A stretch of 42,143 nt of DNA. Origin: Bacteroidales bacterium. GTDB taxonomy: Bacteria > Bacteroidota > Bacteroidia > Bacteroidales > WCHB1-69. The position numbers were made by a program, and so were the translations under genes. A model generated the notes under the pieces. The model was given only the letters and a program-made list of their open reading frames with translations, made no database searches and was not told the DNA's origin. The stretch covers positions 1 through 42,143 of the forward strand of contig JAEEUY010000194.1 in NCBI GenBank assembly GCA_016290715.1, given 5' to 3'. Below are positions 1-7,776 of the stretch, piece by piece (position 1 is the first letter of the stretch; every line of letters begins with the position of its first letter).

Positions 1-330
1 GGAATTTGCTGTCTTGAAAGACAATATGCTCATGATGTCGGTGATGTCGGATGATCTGCGATATAGATGAGAAATGGAATCTTGAACATTCTGCGCCAAA
101 TTTTTAAGGGTATGACTTTGCGCGCGTAATTGATAAGTTTGGTATTCCAACATTGAAACTTTGTCATGAAGTTCTTTTGCTTGTTTCGTTAAATTGGAGT
201 TCTCTTCTCTTAACCTTTCTTCAGTTTGGGTTAATTTTTCAATCTCATCGTTTTTTTTGACATTTTGAACAATGAGATATATGATGACAAGTACAACTAC
301 AACTATTATTGCGATTGCCAATGCTTCCAT
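1..330 (-). CDS. Window-truncated CDS (start codon at 330, continues past the left edge): N-terminal membrane helix followed by coiled coil; possibly RmuC-like
   Basis: Absent from the ORF track because it is an edge ORF. Reading the reverse complement from ATG 330..328 gives MEALAIAIIVVVVLVIIYLIVQNVKKNDEIEKLTQTEERLREENSNLTKQAKELHDKVSMLEYQTYQLRAQSHTLKNLAQ..., open for all 110 codons to base 1. It shows a hydrophobic helix then a charged heptad-like region. The family guess rests only on that architecture. Confidence 0.5.
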   Translation of the reverse strand, partial: MEALAIAIIVVVVLVIIYLIVQNVKKNDEIEKLTQTEERLREENSNLTKQAKELHDKVSMLEYQTYQLRAQSHTLKNLAQNVQDSISHLYRRSSDITDIMSILSFKTANS

Positions 331-385
331 TTACTTTGTTTTCATGAATTACTAAAAACACCAAACGTTTGTCGTTGATCAACGT

Positions 386-413
386 AAAAAAAAAACCCAA
401 TCAATTGACTGAG
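386..413 (-). terminator. Rho-independent terminator candidate downstream of the tRNA cluster
   Basis: The minus strand reads CTCAGTC-AATT-GATTGGG, a 7-bp stem including G-U pairs, followed by T10 (the A-run 386..395 on the plus strand). It lies 15 nt after the 3' end of the last tRNA-Gly. Confidence 0.45.
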
Positions 414-427
414 CTTTTTTTATTTTG

Positions 428-500
428 AGCGGAAAACGAGACTCGAACTCGCGACCCTAACCTTGGCAAGGTTATGCTCTACCAACTGAGCTACTTCCGC
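428..500 (-). tRNA. tRNA-Gly (anticodon GCC), copy 1; no encoded CCA
   Basis: The reverse complement GCGGAAGTAGCTCAGTTGGTAGAGCATAACCTTGCCAAGGTTAGGGTCGCGAGTTCGAGTCTCGTTTTCCGCT folds as a 73-nt cloverleaf. Elements: 7-bp acceptor, D-arm GCTC/GAGC, anticodon stem TAACC/GGTTA with loop TTGCCAA, and T-arm GCGAG-TTCGAGT-CTCGT. Confidence 0.93.
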
Positions 501-510
501 GAAAGTTTTG

Positions 511-583
511 AGCGGAAAACGAGACTCGAACTCGCGACCCTAACCTTGGCAAGGTTATGCTCTACCAACTGAGCTACTTCCGC
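511..583 (-). tRNA. tRNA-Gly (anticodon GCC), copy 2, identical to copy 1
   Basis: Same 73-nt sequence as 428..500 by direct comparison. It forms part of a 78-nt perfect direct repeat (423..500 and 506..583). Confidence 0.93.
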
Positions 584-601
584 TTAATTTACCTTAGTTC
601 G

Positions 602-686
602 TACCTCGGGCGGGACTTGAACCCGCACGATCGCAATGATCACGGGATTTTAAGTCCCGCGTGTCTACCAATTCCACCACCAAGGC
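602..686 (-). tRNA. tRNA-Leu (anticodon TAA), long variable arm; no encoded CCA
   Basis: The reverse complement is GCCTTGGTGGTGGAATTGGTAGACACGCGGGACTTAAAATCCCGTGATCATTGCGATCGTGCGGGTTCAAGTCCCGCCCGAGGTA. Elements: anticodon stem CGGGA/TCCCG with loop CTTAAAA, a 16-nt variable arm, and T-arm GCGGG-TTCAAGT-CCCGC. The acceptor stem has G1-U72 and U5-G68 wobble pairs. Confidence 0.88.
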
Positions 687-717
687 AACTCCAAAGAACT
701 TTTCTCTTTTGAGGCTG

Positions 718-725
718 CAAAAATA
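718..725 (-). promoter_or_regulatory. Bacteroidota-type -7 promoter box (TAnnTTTG) for the tRNA-Leu/Gly/Gly cluster
   Basis: Plus-strand CAAAAATA is TATTTTTG on the minus strand, about 32 nt upstream of the tRNA-Leu 5' end. Confidence 0.4.
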
Positions 726-885
726 CACTTTTTTTCATTACCGCATTCATCAAAATACTATTTTTTTATTTTTTTTAATCTTCTTTTTGTAATATTTTAA
801 TTCTCAGTTTTTTATAAAAAATTTTTTTTACAAAAAAAGTTAGTATATATTAAACTGACATATATGTATGCTACTTAAATTTATG

Positions 886-893
886 TATCTTTG
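886..893 (+). promoter_or_regulatory. Bacteroidota-type -7 promoter box (TAnnTTTG) upstream of aqpZ
   Basis: TATCTTTG lies 26 nt upstream of the aqpZ ATG and is preceded by a long A/T-tract region. Confidence 0.45.
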
Positions 894-918
894 CACCGTT
901 ATTTAAATTATTCATCCT

Positions 919-1650
919 ATGAAAAAGTACATTGCAGAATTAATTGGAACAGCAGTCCTCGTTTTAATGGGCTGTGGAAGTGCTGTCATTGCTGGCCCTG
1001 GCACACTCGGTTTATTAAGTATCGGATTTTTAGGCGTTTCCATCGCCTTCGGCTTGTCAGTTATGACGATGGTATATGCTATTGGCCCCATTTCGGGTTG
1101 CCACATCAATCCCGCCATCACTTTTGCTATGTGGATAGCTAAAAAAATCTCTGGAAAAGATGCCCTCATGTACATCCTTTTCCAAATTATCGGTGCATTC
1201 ATCGGTGTCGGTATTTTGGCCTTCCTCGTAGGAAAAATGGACGGACTCGCAGTGAATGCCGCTGACCCATACTCTTTGGGCTACACTATCCCTCAATGCG
1301 TAATTGCTGAATGCGTGATGACTTTCTTGTTTTTATTGGTTATTTTTGGTGCTACCAGCGAAAAGGCTCCTGCTGGCTTTGCAGGCATCGCCATCGGCTT
1401 GTCGCTGACCTTAATTCACCTTGTAACTATTCCTATTACCAATACTTCAGTGAACCCTGCCCGTTCATTAGCTCCAGCTGTATTGGATGCTATCAGCGGT
1501 GTAGAAGGTGCCGGTGTGGGTCTTAGCCAAATTTGGATTTTCATCCTTGCTCCTCTTGTTGGTGCCGGCTTGGCTGCTCTCGTTTGGAAAGCATTTGAAC
1601 GTCCATGCTGCTGCTCCTGCAAAAAAGAAGCTGAAGAAGTTAACGAATAA
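919..1650 (+). CDS. aqpZ: Aquaporin Z (MIP family water channel)
   Basis: 243 aa with six hydrophobic segments. Both NPA signatures are present (CHINPAITF and TSVNPARSL). The N-terminus KYIAELIGTAVLVLMGCGS is typical of AqpZ. Confidence 0.9.
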   Translation: MKKYIAELIGTAVLVLMGCGSAVIAGPGTLGLLSIGFLGVSIAFGLSVMTMVYAIGPISGCHINPAITFAMWIAKKISGKDALMYILFQIIGAFIGVGILAFLVGKMDGLAVNAADPYSLGYTIPQCVIAECVMTFLFLLVIFGATSEKAPAGFAGIAIGLSLTLIHLVTIPITNTSVNPARSLAPAVLDAISGVEGAGVGLSQIWIFILAPLVGAGLAALVWKAFERPCCCSCKKEAEEVNE

Positions 1651-1659
1651 CCATTTATC

Positions 1660-2349
1660 GTGGCTTACATTTTAAATATAGATACAGCGACCGACATTTG
1701 TTCGGTCGCTTTGACTAATAATTCAACGCTCCTCGCCTATCGCGAGAACAATGATGGCAAATCGCACGCGAAAACCCTACTGCCCTTTGTTGCCGAAGTA
1801 TTAAAAGAAACCCAATTGGCTTCTCATCAACTGGAAGCTGTCGCCATCAGCATGGGACCAGGCTCCTATACCGGTCTCCGTATCGGAACCTCCACAGCCA
1901 AAGGCCTCTGCTACGCACTCAATATCCCTCTAATTGCCATTCCTACTTTGCAGATTATTGCCGCTGGCGTGGCGCATTCATACTCTCCCAAACATCAAAT
2001 AATCCCTCTTTTGGATGCCCGCCGCATGGAAGTATATACTTGTATTTACGACACTCTACTGCAACCCATTACCGATGTTTCAGCAATCATAGTAGAGGAA
2101 AATACATTCACACCCTTGGCTCAAAATCACCAAATAGTGTTTTGTGGCAACGGCGTGGAAAAATGCACCCCCATACTCCGTCAATATGAGCATGCCATTC
2201 TTGACTCCACCCCCATCTCCGCCCGAAATATGGCAGACCTTTCTGCAAAAAAATTCTCCCAAAAACAGTTTGAAGATATAGCGTATTTTGAACCCTTCTA
2301 CCTCAAAGAATATGTAGCCGCGAAACCTCACGTCAAAGGCTTACAATAA
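1660..2349 (+). CDS. tsaB: tRNA threonylcarbamoyladenosine (t6A) biosynthesis protein TsaB (YeaZ family)
   Basis: 229 aa with a GTG start 9 nt after aqpZ. The N-terminus ILNIDTATDICSVAL and the GPGSYTGLRIGTSTAKGL motif are characteristic of TsaB/YeaZ. Confidence 0.85.
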   Translation: MAYILNIDTATDICSVALTNNSTLLAYRENNDGKSHAKTLLPFVAEVLKETQLASHQLEAVAISMGPGSYTGLRIGTSTAKGLCYALNIPLIAIPTLQIIAAGVAHSYSPKHQIIPLLDARRMEVYTCIYDTLLQPITDVSAIIVEENTFTPLAQNHQIVFCGNGVEKCTPILRQYEHAILDSTPISARNMADLSAKKFSQKQFEDIAYFEPFYLKEYVAAKPHVKGLQ

Positions 2350-3173
2350 TGGAAGCAAAGAAAAAAACAAACATTATTGCCCTCAGCGACGGCACACCTT
2401 ATGGCATTGCCGCTGTTCGCTCCGCTGCCACATTAGCCGCTTTCTTCCAAGCTTCACTCACCATAATTCCCCATTTTTCTTTTAATGGCAAACCCGCCCA
2501 AAGTGAGAATTTTGATTATCAGTCATGGATAAGACAAAATTTTCCGCAAATAAACACACAGATAAAAGAAGAGGCTTTCTCTTTAAAATCACTGCACCAT
2601 TTTGCAGATGAAAGCAACAGCATTATGTATGTTATTGGAGTAGCCTCCCATGAAAAAAACACATTTTTTAATCGGAAAAAAGCGTTAAAATTCATTAAAC
2701 CATCGCGATTGCCCGTGATGACCGTCGGCAAAGATGCTCCCACCGACCCACAATGGAGAGAGGTCTTCCTTTCCATAGATATCCATCGCCAAGAGAAGGA
2801 GAAAGCATTGTGGGCAGGTTATTTTCACCGCTTCGGAAAATCCAATCTGCATATTATTCACACTGCTTACCGCGATGAATTTCTCCAACAAAAAACAGAA
2901 GACAATCTTAAATTCATTGATAAACTTTATCAAAATTTAGAGATTGCATCCAATAAAGAAGTTATTGATAATCACATAGATAATATTGACTTGCACATTT
3001 TGCAAAACACTGACCAATATCATCCTTCCGTTTTGGTAATTATGACGACCAAATACTACTCGTTGATCGACCTGTTATTGGGTGCTAAAGAGCGGCGATT
3101 AATAGGAAATGAAGAAGGAATACCCGTATTGTGCATCAATGAACGGGAAGATTTATACGTTTTGTGCACGTAA
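2349..3173 (+). CDS. Hypothetical protein, possibly a tandem universal-stress-protein-like (USP) fold
   Basis: 274 aa. The start overlaps the tsaB stop by 1 nt (TAATG). There are two halves of about 135 aa, each starting with a beta-strand-like IIALSD / VFLSID segment. The resemblance to Bacteroidota double-USP proteins is weak. Confidence 0.35.
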   Translation: MEAKKKTNIIALSDGTPYGIAAVRSAATLAAFFQASLTIIPHFSFNGKPAQSENFDYQSWIRQNFPQINTQIKEEAFSLKSLHHFADESNSIMYVIGVASHEKNTFFNRKKALKFIKPSRLPVMTVGKDAPTDPQWREVFLSIDIHRQEKEKALWAGYFHRFGKSNLHIIHTAYRDEFLQQKTEDNLKFIDKLYQNLEIASNKEVIDNHIDNIDLHILQNTDQYHPSVLVIMTTKYYSLIDLLLGAKERRLIGNEEGIPVLCINEREDLYVLCT

Positions 3174-4097
3174 TACAATGTCATGTGCGAGTGCATCAAA
3201 AGCGGTGTAATCAGTACAACGCAAAAGTTCTATTAAGTTTTCTGGGGAAAGATGAAAAAAAGTGGCAAAGTAGTGCCATAATTCTTTCAGATTTGCCAAC
3301 GCAGCATGCGGTCCGCGGGCGGAAAGCAAGGTGTTTGTATAATCTTCATAAAAGTGTTGAAAGCGCCGGAAACGCACCTCCCGAGGCAAGGTTTTCCCTG
3401 ACTGCAACTCCTCTGCCAAAAAGATATTTCTCAAAATGCCCCGCCCCAATAGGCAACAATCCACCACATTAAAATAAGATTGTATATGGTGATATGATAG
3501 CAAATCCACAATATCCCCACTATATACAAAATGGTAATGAAAAGCATTTTGCAGTTGCTGAAAAGCGGTCAGATCTGGCACACCCTCGTATTCTTGTACT
3601 CCCAAACGCGGGTGAACTGCAACAAAATCTAACGGATAACCTTGCAGTCTTTCCAAAATTTGAAAGGATTCTTGGGGTCTTTTCAATCCCAAACGCATTT
3701 TGATAGAAAAGCGACAGGTTGTTTGGTCAGCCACCTCGCGAACCACCGCTTCCACCATTTCCGGATAAGGCATGATTCCACAACCGCGGCGTTTTCGCAC
3801 CACTTGCGCTGCAGGGCACCCAATATTCCAGTTAAAACGCTCGTAACCCAACCCCTGCAAAGCTCGAATAGTATCCACAAAGTGCGAGGGAGTATTCCCT
3901 ATCAATTGCGGAATAATATCCAATCCGACATTATTATCAGGTTGAATATCCACCCATTTTTTAACATTTAAGCGACCGGCTGCTTCAACGGGTAAAAAAG
4001 GGGTAACCGCCACACTGATTCCCCCAACGTGGCGGTTTAAACAATTTCTAAAATGATAATGGGTAATGCCGTGCAACGGCGCTAACCAAAATTCCAT
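3153..4097 (-). CDS. tRNA-dihydrouridine synthase family protein (Dus)
   Basis: 314 aa. NWNIGCPAAQVVRKRRGCGIM matches the Dus active-site region (N-x-GCP ... G-x-G). The alternating pattern is TIM-barrel-like. Its 3' end overlaps the convergent 2349..3173 CDS by 21 nt. Confidence 0.7.
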   Translation of the reverse strand: MEFWLAPLHGITHYHFRNCLNRHVGGISVAVTPFLPVEAAGRLNVKKWVDIQPDNNVGLDIIPQLIGNTPSHFVDTIRALQGLGYERFNWNIGCPAAQVVRKRRGCGIMPYPEMVEAVVREVADQTTCRFSIKMRLGLKRPQESFQILERLQGYPLDFVAVHPRLGVQEYEGVPDLTAFQQLQNAFHYHFVYSGDIVDLLSYHHIQSYFNVVDCCLLGRGILRNIFLAEELQSGKTLPREVRFRRFQHFYEDYTNTLLSARGPHAALANLKELWHYFATFFHLSPENLIELLRCTDYTAFDALAHDIVLRAQNV

Positions 4098-4098
4098 A

Positions 4099-5046
4099 CT
4101 ATTGAATCATCACTTTTTCACTGCGAACCTTACCATTCTGTGTTATCGTAACAACATAAGTTCCCTTTGCATAAACAGATACATCTATGTCGGTACGATC
4201 ATGCAAATGGGTTCCCTGCCACATCAAACGGCCATTCATATCGTACAGACAAGCATCATACGCCTCAGTACTGATGGATTTTAATGTTACTTTATCCGTG
4301 GCGGGGTTAGGACTAACACTAAACAAAAAGTTATTCAAATCGTATATGCCCGCTGCTGTTTCCAGAGTTACATCATCAACGAACAACTCTGTGATTTCAC
4401 TGCAATTCCTGCTGGAAGCACCTGCGAAAACAATATTAATGGAATCGGGTACCGCCCCCTCTATCAAAGTTTCAACAGGGACTTCAAATTGGGTATAATT
4501 GGTTACTGTCTCCCCTATTTTCAGCTCACCTCTTGCCACGATTTCCAAGATATTATTATTCCGACGCGTAGCCAAAACCAAGATGGTGCATGTGTCCTCA
4601 TCACTGAAATATTTTAACCATGCCTTCACCTTTAATGGTGTCTCATGACAAGGAGCACCGCCATACATCAAATTGGTAAAATCGAAGTCAAACTCTGCCA
4701 AATCCGACAAATCTCCATTTTCCAATGAGCTCAAATCAAAACCACCCAATTGACAAATACCAGGAATCGTAATGTCACCTAACATCATAATATTTGTAGG
4801 GTAAGGCACCAATTTCATGGCATAACTTCCCGAATGGGCATCGGTAGTCTGTTCAGCTGCCGAATATTCAATTTCAATCGGGATTGGGAAGTACCCTATT
4901 TCTATGGTTCTGTTGAAAGAAAAAGAAGAGTTCCACCCATCCGCTTGGGTATCAGAAGTCCACATTTCAAAACCAGCGTTAGGAATTTGTGCAAATCCCA
5001 ATATACACGCACTAACAAACAATAAAAGAATAGAAATTTTTTTCAT
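4099..5046 (-). CDS. Secreted protein with type-A T9SS C-terminal sorting domain; N-terminal domain uncertain (possibly PCMD-like)
   Basis: 315 aa with signal peptide MKKISILLLFVSACILGFAQ. The last ~75 aa (FSVSPNPATDKVTLKS...YDMNGRLMW...VSVYAKGTYVVTITQNGKVRSEKVMIQ) match the Por-secretion-tail pattern. Confidence 0.7.
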   Translation of the reverse strand: MKKISILLLFVSACILGFAQIPNAGFEMWTSDTQADGWNSSFSFNRTIEIGYFPIPIEIEYSAAEQTTDAHSGSYAMKLVPYPTNIMMLGDITIPGICQLGGFDLSSLENGDLSDLAEFDFDFTNLMYGGAPCHETPLKVKAWLKYFSDEDTCTILVLATRRNNNILEIVARGELKIGETVTNYTQFEVPVETLIEGAVPDSINIVFAGASSRNCSEITELFVDDVTLETAAGIYDLNNFLFSVSPNPATDKVTLKSISTEAYDACLYDMNGRLMWQGTHLHDRTDIDVSVYAKGTYVVTITQNGKVRSEKVMIQ

Positions 5047-5073
5047 AATATCTAATTTTAATTAATATTAAAA

Positions 5074-5769
5074 TTAACTACATCGTTTTCCAAGCCATTT
5101 AACATTTTCATCATGAGGATATTTCTTTGACAAATTATCATAAATAAACATTAAAATATCCCTGTCTTCCTCTTCCGAAAAAAACTTACCGTTATTATAT
5201 TTTTGATAAAAAGCCACCAAACAAGCCAAAGATTGAGGATTTTGGCAGATAAAATTCTTCAGATACTCTTTATGGTGGTTTTTTATCTGCAAATAGCAAT
5301 AATTGATATAACTCCTCAACGAATCATTTTCTATATCAACATAATAATATTGCTCTAAAATTTGAACAGAATCAATAAACAATGACAGCTGATGGTCTAA
5401 TTCACATAGCAGTTCAGCCTCATGGCCTCCTGTTACGCAGTAGCTTTTCACCATTGGTTGGGCATCTATCGTAAATCTCAACTGATCCCCTTTCTTAGCG
5501 ATGGTTGTCAGCGCATTATCCTTTCTCAATGAAAGTTGGTAGAAAGCATATTCTCCGTCTTCAGGACGCAGTGCAAGCGCAAACTTACCATGCTGAACAG
5601 GAACAGAATCAATCACCTGCAATTCATTCAAATTCATTCTGCTAATGGTGATATATTGTCCCTCCGCATTTTGTATATCTCCCTGAATAGTAATCTGATT
5701 CTTCTTGGTACATGCACAGCAGAAGAGCAGACACAATGACAAGACCACTATTTTATGAAAAATCTTCAT
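5074..5769 (-). CDS. Lipoprotein, DUF4369-like N-terminal domain plus helical region (no thioredoxin domain)
   Basis: 231 aa. Signal and lipobox LLFCCAC. ITIQGDIQNAEGQYITISRMN... resembles the beta-rich N-domain that precedes TlpA-like thioredoxins in Bacteroidota, but no CxxC or thioredoxin fold follows. Confidence 0.4.
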   Translation of the reverse strand: MKIFHKIVVLSLCLLFCCACTKKNQITIQGDIQNAEGQYITISRMNLNELQVIDSVPVQHGKFALALRPEDGEYAFYQLSLRKDNALTTIAKKGDQLRFTIDAQPMVKSYCVTGGHEAELLCELDHQLSLFIDSVQILEQYYYVDIENDSLRSYINYCYLQIKNHHKEYLKNFICQNPQSLACLVAFYQKYNNGKFFSEEEDRDILMFIYDNLSKKYPHDENVKWLGKRCS

Positions 5770-5772
5770 GGA

Positions 5773-6636
5773 TTATCTGATTTTTTCAAAATTCTTTCCA
5801 AAAACACTTTGCACTTTGGAGATAGAGATGAAAGCGCTGTCATCCACTTCTTTAATAATGCGGATAATGTTCACTCTATCCGTACGATGCGCTACAATAA
5901 GCAACACATCGGATTCGGTACGGTTGTAACTTCCCGTCCCTTTCAAAAAAGTAGCCCCCCGTTTCAGTTCCTTGTTGATGCGTTCTGCAATTTCCTGATT
6001 TTTAGCAGAAAAAACCATGAATTGAAAACTTTGCTTATAACCATCAATGACAAGATCGGAAAAGAGCATATAAGCGAAAAGCACCAGCACACTATAAACC
6101 AACTTTACGGGGTCATGAACAGTAAGATAGGATGATAATACAATAAGAATATTCAGATAGAGTGTGAGACGGCCGTATGATACATTCCGATACTTGGATA
6201 TCATCAAAACGATAATGTCAGTTCCACCGGTATTGCCACCATAATTGAGAGCCAATCCGACACCGACACCTGCCAATGCCGAACCGACCATGGCACACAT
6301 AAAGGGATCGTTGGGGACAATCGGTTTGGGGAACAACCACTGACCAATCATCATGAATAACGACATAATGACCGTACAAATAATCGTGTCAACACAAAAC
6401 CTTTTCCCCAATATTTTCCACGCTACGGCCACCAGAACAATGTTCATCAGAAATACCCAAACACCCACGGATACAGTAGGATTTGCGAAATAGATAATCG
6501 ACGCAATACCATTGATACCCCCCCCCGTAACTTGATTGGGAATCAGGAAAGCCGTCCACCCAAAAGCAAACAGAGCCAATCCCAAGGTGATAAAAAAGTA
6601 TTTTTCTATAAGAATGAGAAATTTTTTAGCGTTCAT
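5773..6636 (-). CDS. YitT-family integral membrane protein (DUF2179 C-terminal domain)
   Basis: 287 aa with about 5-6 TM segments. Contains repeated GGxxG/GGTDII motifs (QVTGGGINGIAS, NYGGNTGGTDIIV) and a soluble C-terminal domain (FQFMVFSAKNQEIAERINKELKRGATFLKGTGSY), typical of YitT proteins. Confidence 0.7.
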   Translation of the reverse strand: MNAKKFLILIEKYFFITLGLALFAFGWTAFLIPNQVTGGGINGIASIIYFANPTVSVGVWVFLMNIVLVAVAWKILGKRFCVDTIICTVIMSLFMMIGQWLFPKPIVPNDPFMCAMVGSALAGVGVGLALNYGGNTGGTDIIVLMISKYRNVSYGRLTLYLNILIVLSSYLTVHDPVKLVYSVLVLFAYMLFSDLVIDGYKQSFQFMVFSAKNQEIAERINKELKRGATFLKGTGSYNRTESDVLLIVAHRTDRVNIIRIIKEVDDSAFISISKVQSVFGKNFEKIR

Positions 6637-6823
6637 TTCCTGAATTATTTTCTAATATGTATGCTAAATTTGTTTGATGTGGGGAATAATTTTCACAACC
6701 ACAATTCCTATCCTTCCGGTGTTTGCGAGCGCCATAAATCGTAGGGGCGCACGAATTTATCACCACTGCCAACAAAACGGCAACCAGCAGCACGAAATAT
6801 CCTTTTATTTTTTTCATCATCAC
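6626..6823 (-). CDS. Small putative lipoprotein (65 aa), unknown function
   Basis: MMMKKIKGYFVLLVAVLLAVVINSC has a signal peptide with a lipobox Cys. It overlaps the YitT start by 11 nt and sits 2 nt after the upstream gene, suggesting translational coupling. No homology recognised. Confidence 0.4.
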   Translation of the reverse strand: MMMKKIKGYFVLLVAVLLAVVINSCAPTIYGARKHRKDRNCGCENYSPHQTNLAYILENNSGNER

Positions 6824-6825
6824 TA

Positions 6826-7293
6826 TTAATAAACACTCCGGTTATTCATTATCATACGCCAAACATCCCCATTTTCGTCAGTGTATTCGTATTCCAAGTC
6901 ATACTTTGTCAATCTCTTGATGCGGGCAGTATAGCTATATTTTTTATTCTGTATCGTGAACATCATATATATTTCTTTCTCATGGTTTTGGAAATCCCAT
7001 GCACCTGTAACCGATTTCTGGAGGTAATTATCCTTGATCGCTTCCACTTCCAACATTCTCTCTATATAAAAAGAGTAATAACTCCCTTTTTGATGCGCCA
7101 AATCACTGGTCTCCGTGTATTCTTCCCCATTACGCAACACTTTCCCCACTTCCCAGTAACCCACCAAGCGTGTTTCAGGTGAAAGGAAACTAATATACGG
7201 ACCCTCCTCGTACCTACAAGAGGTAAAGAGAGTGGTAAAAAGCATTAATGCACAAAAATAAAAGAGGATCTTTTTCATTTTATTCAATTCCAT
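6826..7293 (-). CDS. Lipocalin-like-domain lipoprotein, paralog B
   Basis: 155 aa with lipobox LFTSC. It has a G-x-W motif (LVGYWEV) near the N-terminus and a C-terminal IKRLTKYDLEYEY motif, as in Bacteroidota lipocalin-like domain proteins. The start could alternatively be the MKK codon 15 nt downstream. Confidence 0.5.
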   Translation of the reverse strand: MELNKMKKILFYFCALMLFTTLFTSCRYEEGPYISFLSPETRLVGYWEVGKVLRNGEEYTETSDLAHQKGSYYSFYIERMLEVEAIKDNYLQKSVTGAWDFQNHEKEIYMMFTIQNKKYSYTARIKRLTKYDLEYEYTDENGDVWRMIMNNRSVY

Positions 7294-7308
7294 ATCAATT
7301 TTAAAATA

Positions 7309-7752
7309 CTAATTATCAATCTTTTTCAATCTCCACTTACAATAATCATCATCATTGTAAAATTCCAGCCAAAATTCATCTTTCGTCAGCCGCTTCACAA
7401 AATAACTTTGATTAACAGTAGGATACGATTCAAAAGTAATGCGTAGCAGTTGCTTATTATGGTTAAAAACGTAATTGGCCTTTTGTGTCTGAAGCAGGCT
7501 GTCGTATTGGTTTTTCCATAAAAAAGTAACCATGCTTCCTTTTTCAAATTCGATGGTGGTGTGTGCGTAAACAGAATCAAACAATGCGGTTGAAATGGGT
7601 TGTGAATTGGTAATCACCTCGTTAAATTGCCACGTGCCGATAATATTCTTGCGCGACTGGTAGCGCAAACCACCATCATCAAACTCCTCACAGGCAGCGA
7701 AAAGCAGCAATAATAACATCCACTGAAAACATTTTTGAAACAATCGCATCAT
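7309..7752 (-). CDS. Lipocalin-like-domain lipoprotein, paralog A
   Basis: The track ORF starts at 7779, but a TAnnTTTG box lies inside that extension. I therefore prefer ATG 7752, giving MMRLFQKCFQWMLLLLLFAAC with a lipobox. It has IGTWQFNEV and VKRLTKDEFWLEF motifs parallel to paralog B. Confidence 0.5.
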   Translation of the reverse strand: MMRLFQKCFQWMLLLLLFAACEEFDDGGLRYQSRKNIIGTWQFNEVITNSQPISTALFDSVYAHTTIEFEKGSMVTFLWKNQYDSLLQTQKANYVFNHNKQLLRITFESYPTVNQSYFVKRLTKDEFWLEFYNDDDYCKWRLKKIDN

Positions 7753-7768
7753 ACTTCGTTTTGAACTG

Positions 7769-7776
7769 CAAAGGTA
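7769..7776 (-). promoter_or_regulatory. Bacteroidota-type -7 promoter box for the minus-strand 7752..3153 gene array
   Basis: Plus-strand CAAAGGTA is TACCTTTG on the minus strand, 17 nt upstream of ATG 7752. Confidence 0.45.

Noticed and set aside
423-918. tRNA cluster as the attachment site of a genomic island
   Set aside because: There is no integrase, transposase or phage gene on either side, and I noticed no repeat of a tRNA 3' segment elsewhere. The neighbours are aqpZ and tsaB, which are housekeeping genes.
5074-5769. DUF4369-like lipoprotein as a truncated TlpA-like thiol-disulfide oxidoreductase pseudogene
   Set aside because: The ORF ends cleanly 27 nt before the next gene. No thioredoxin or CxxC remnant is visible in any frame downstream. 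Stand-alone versions of this domain are plausible.
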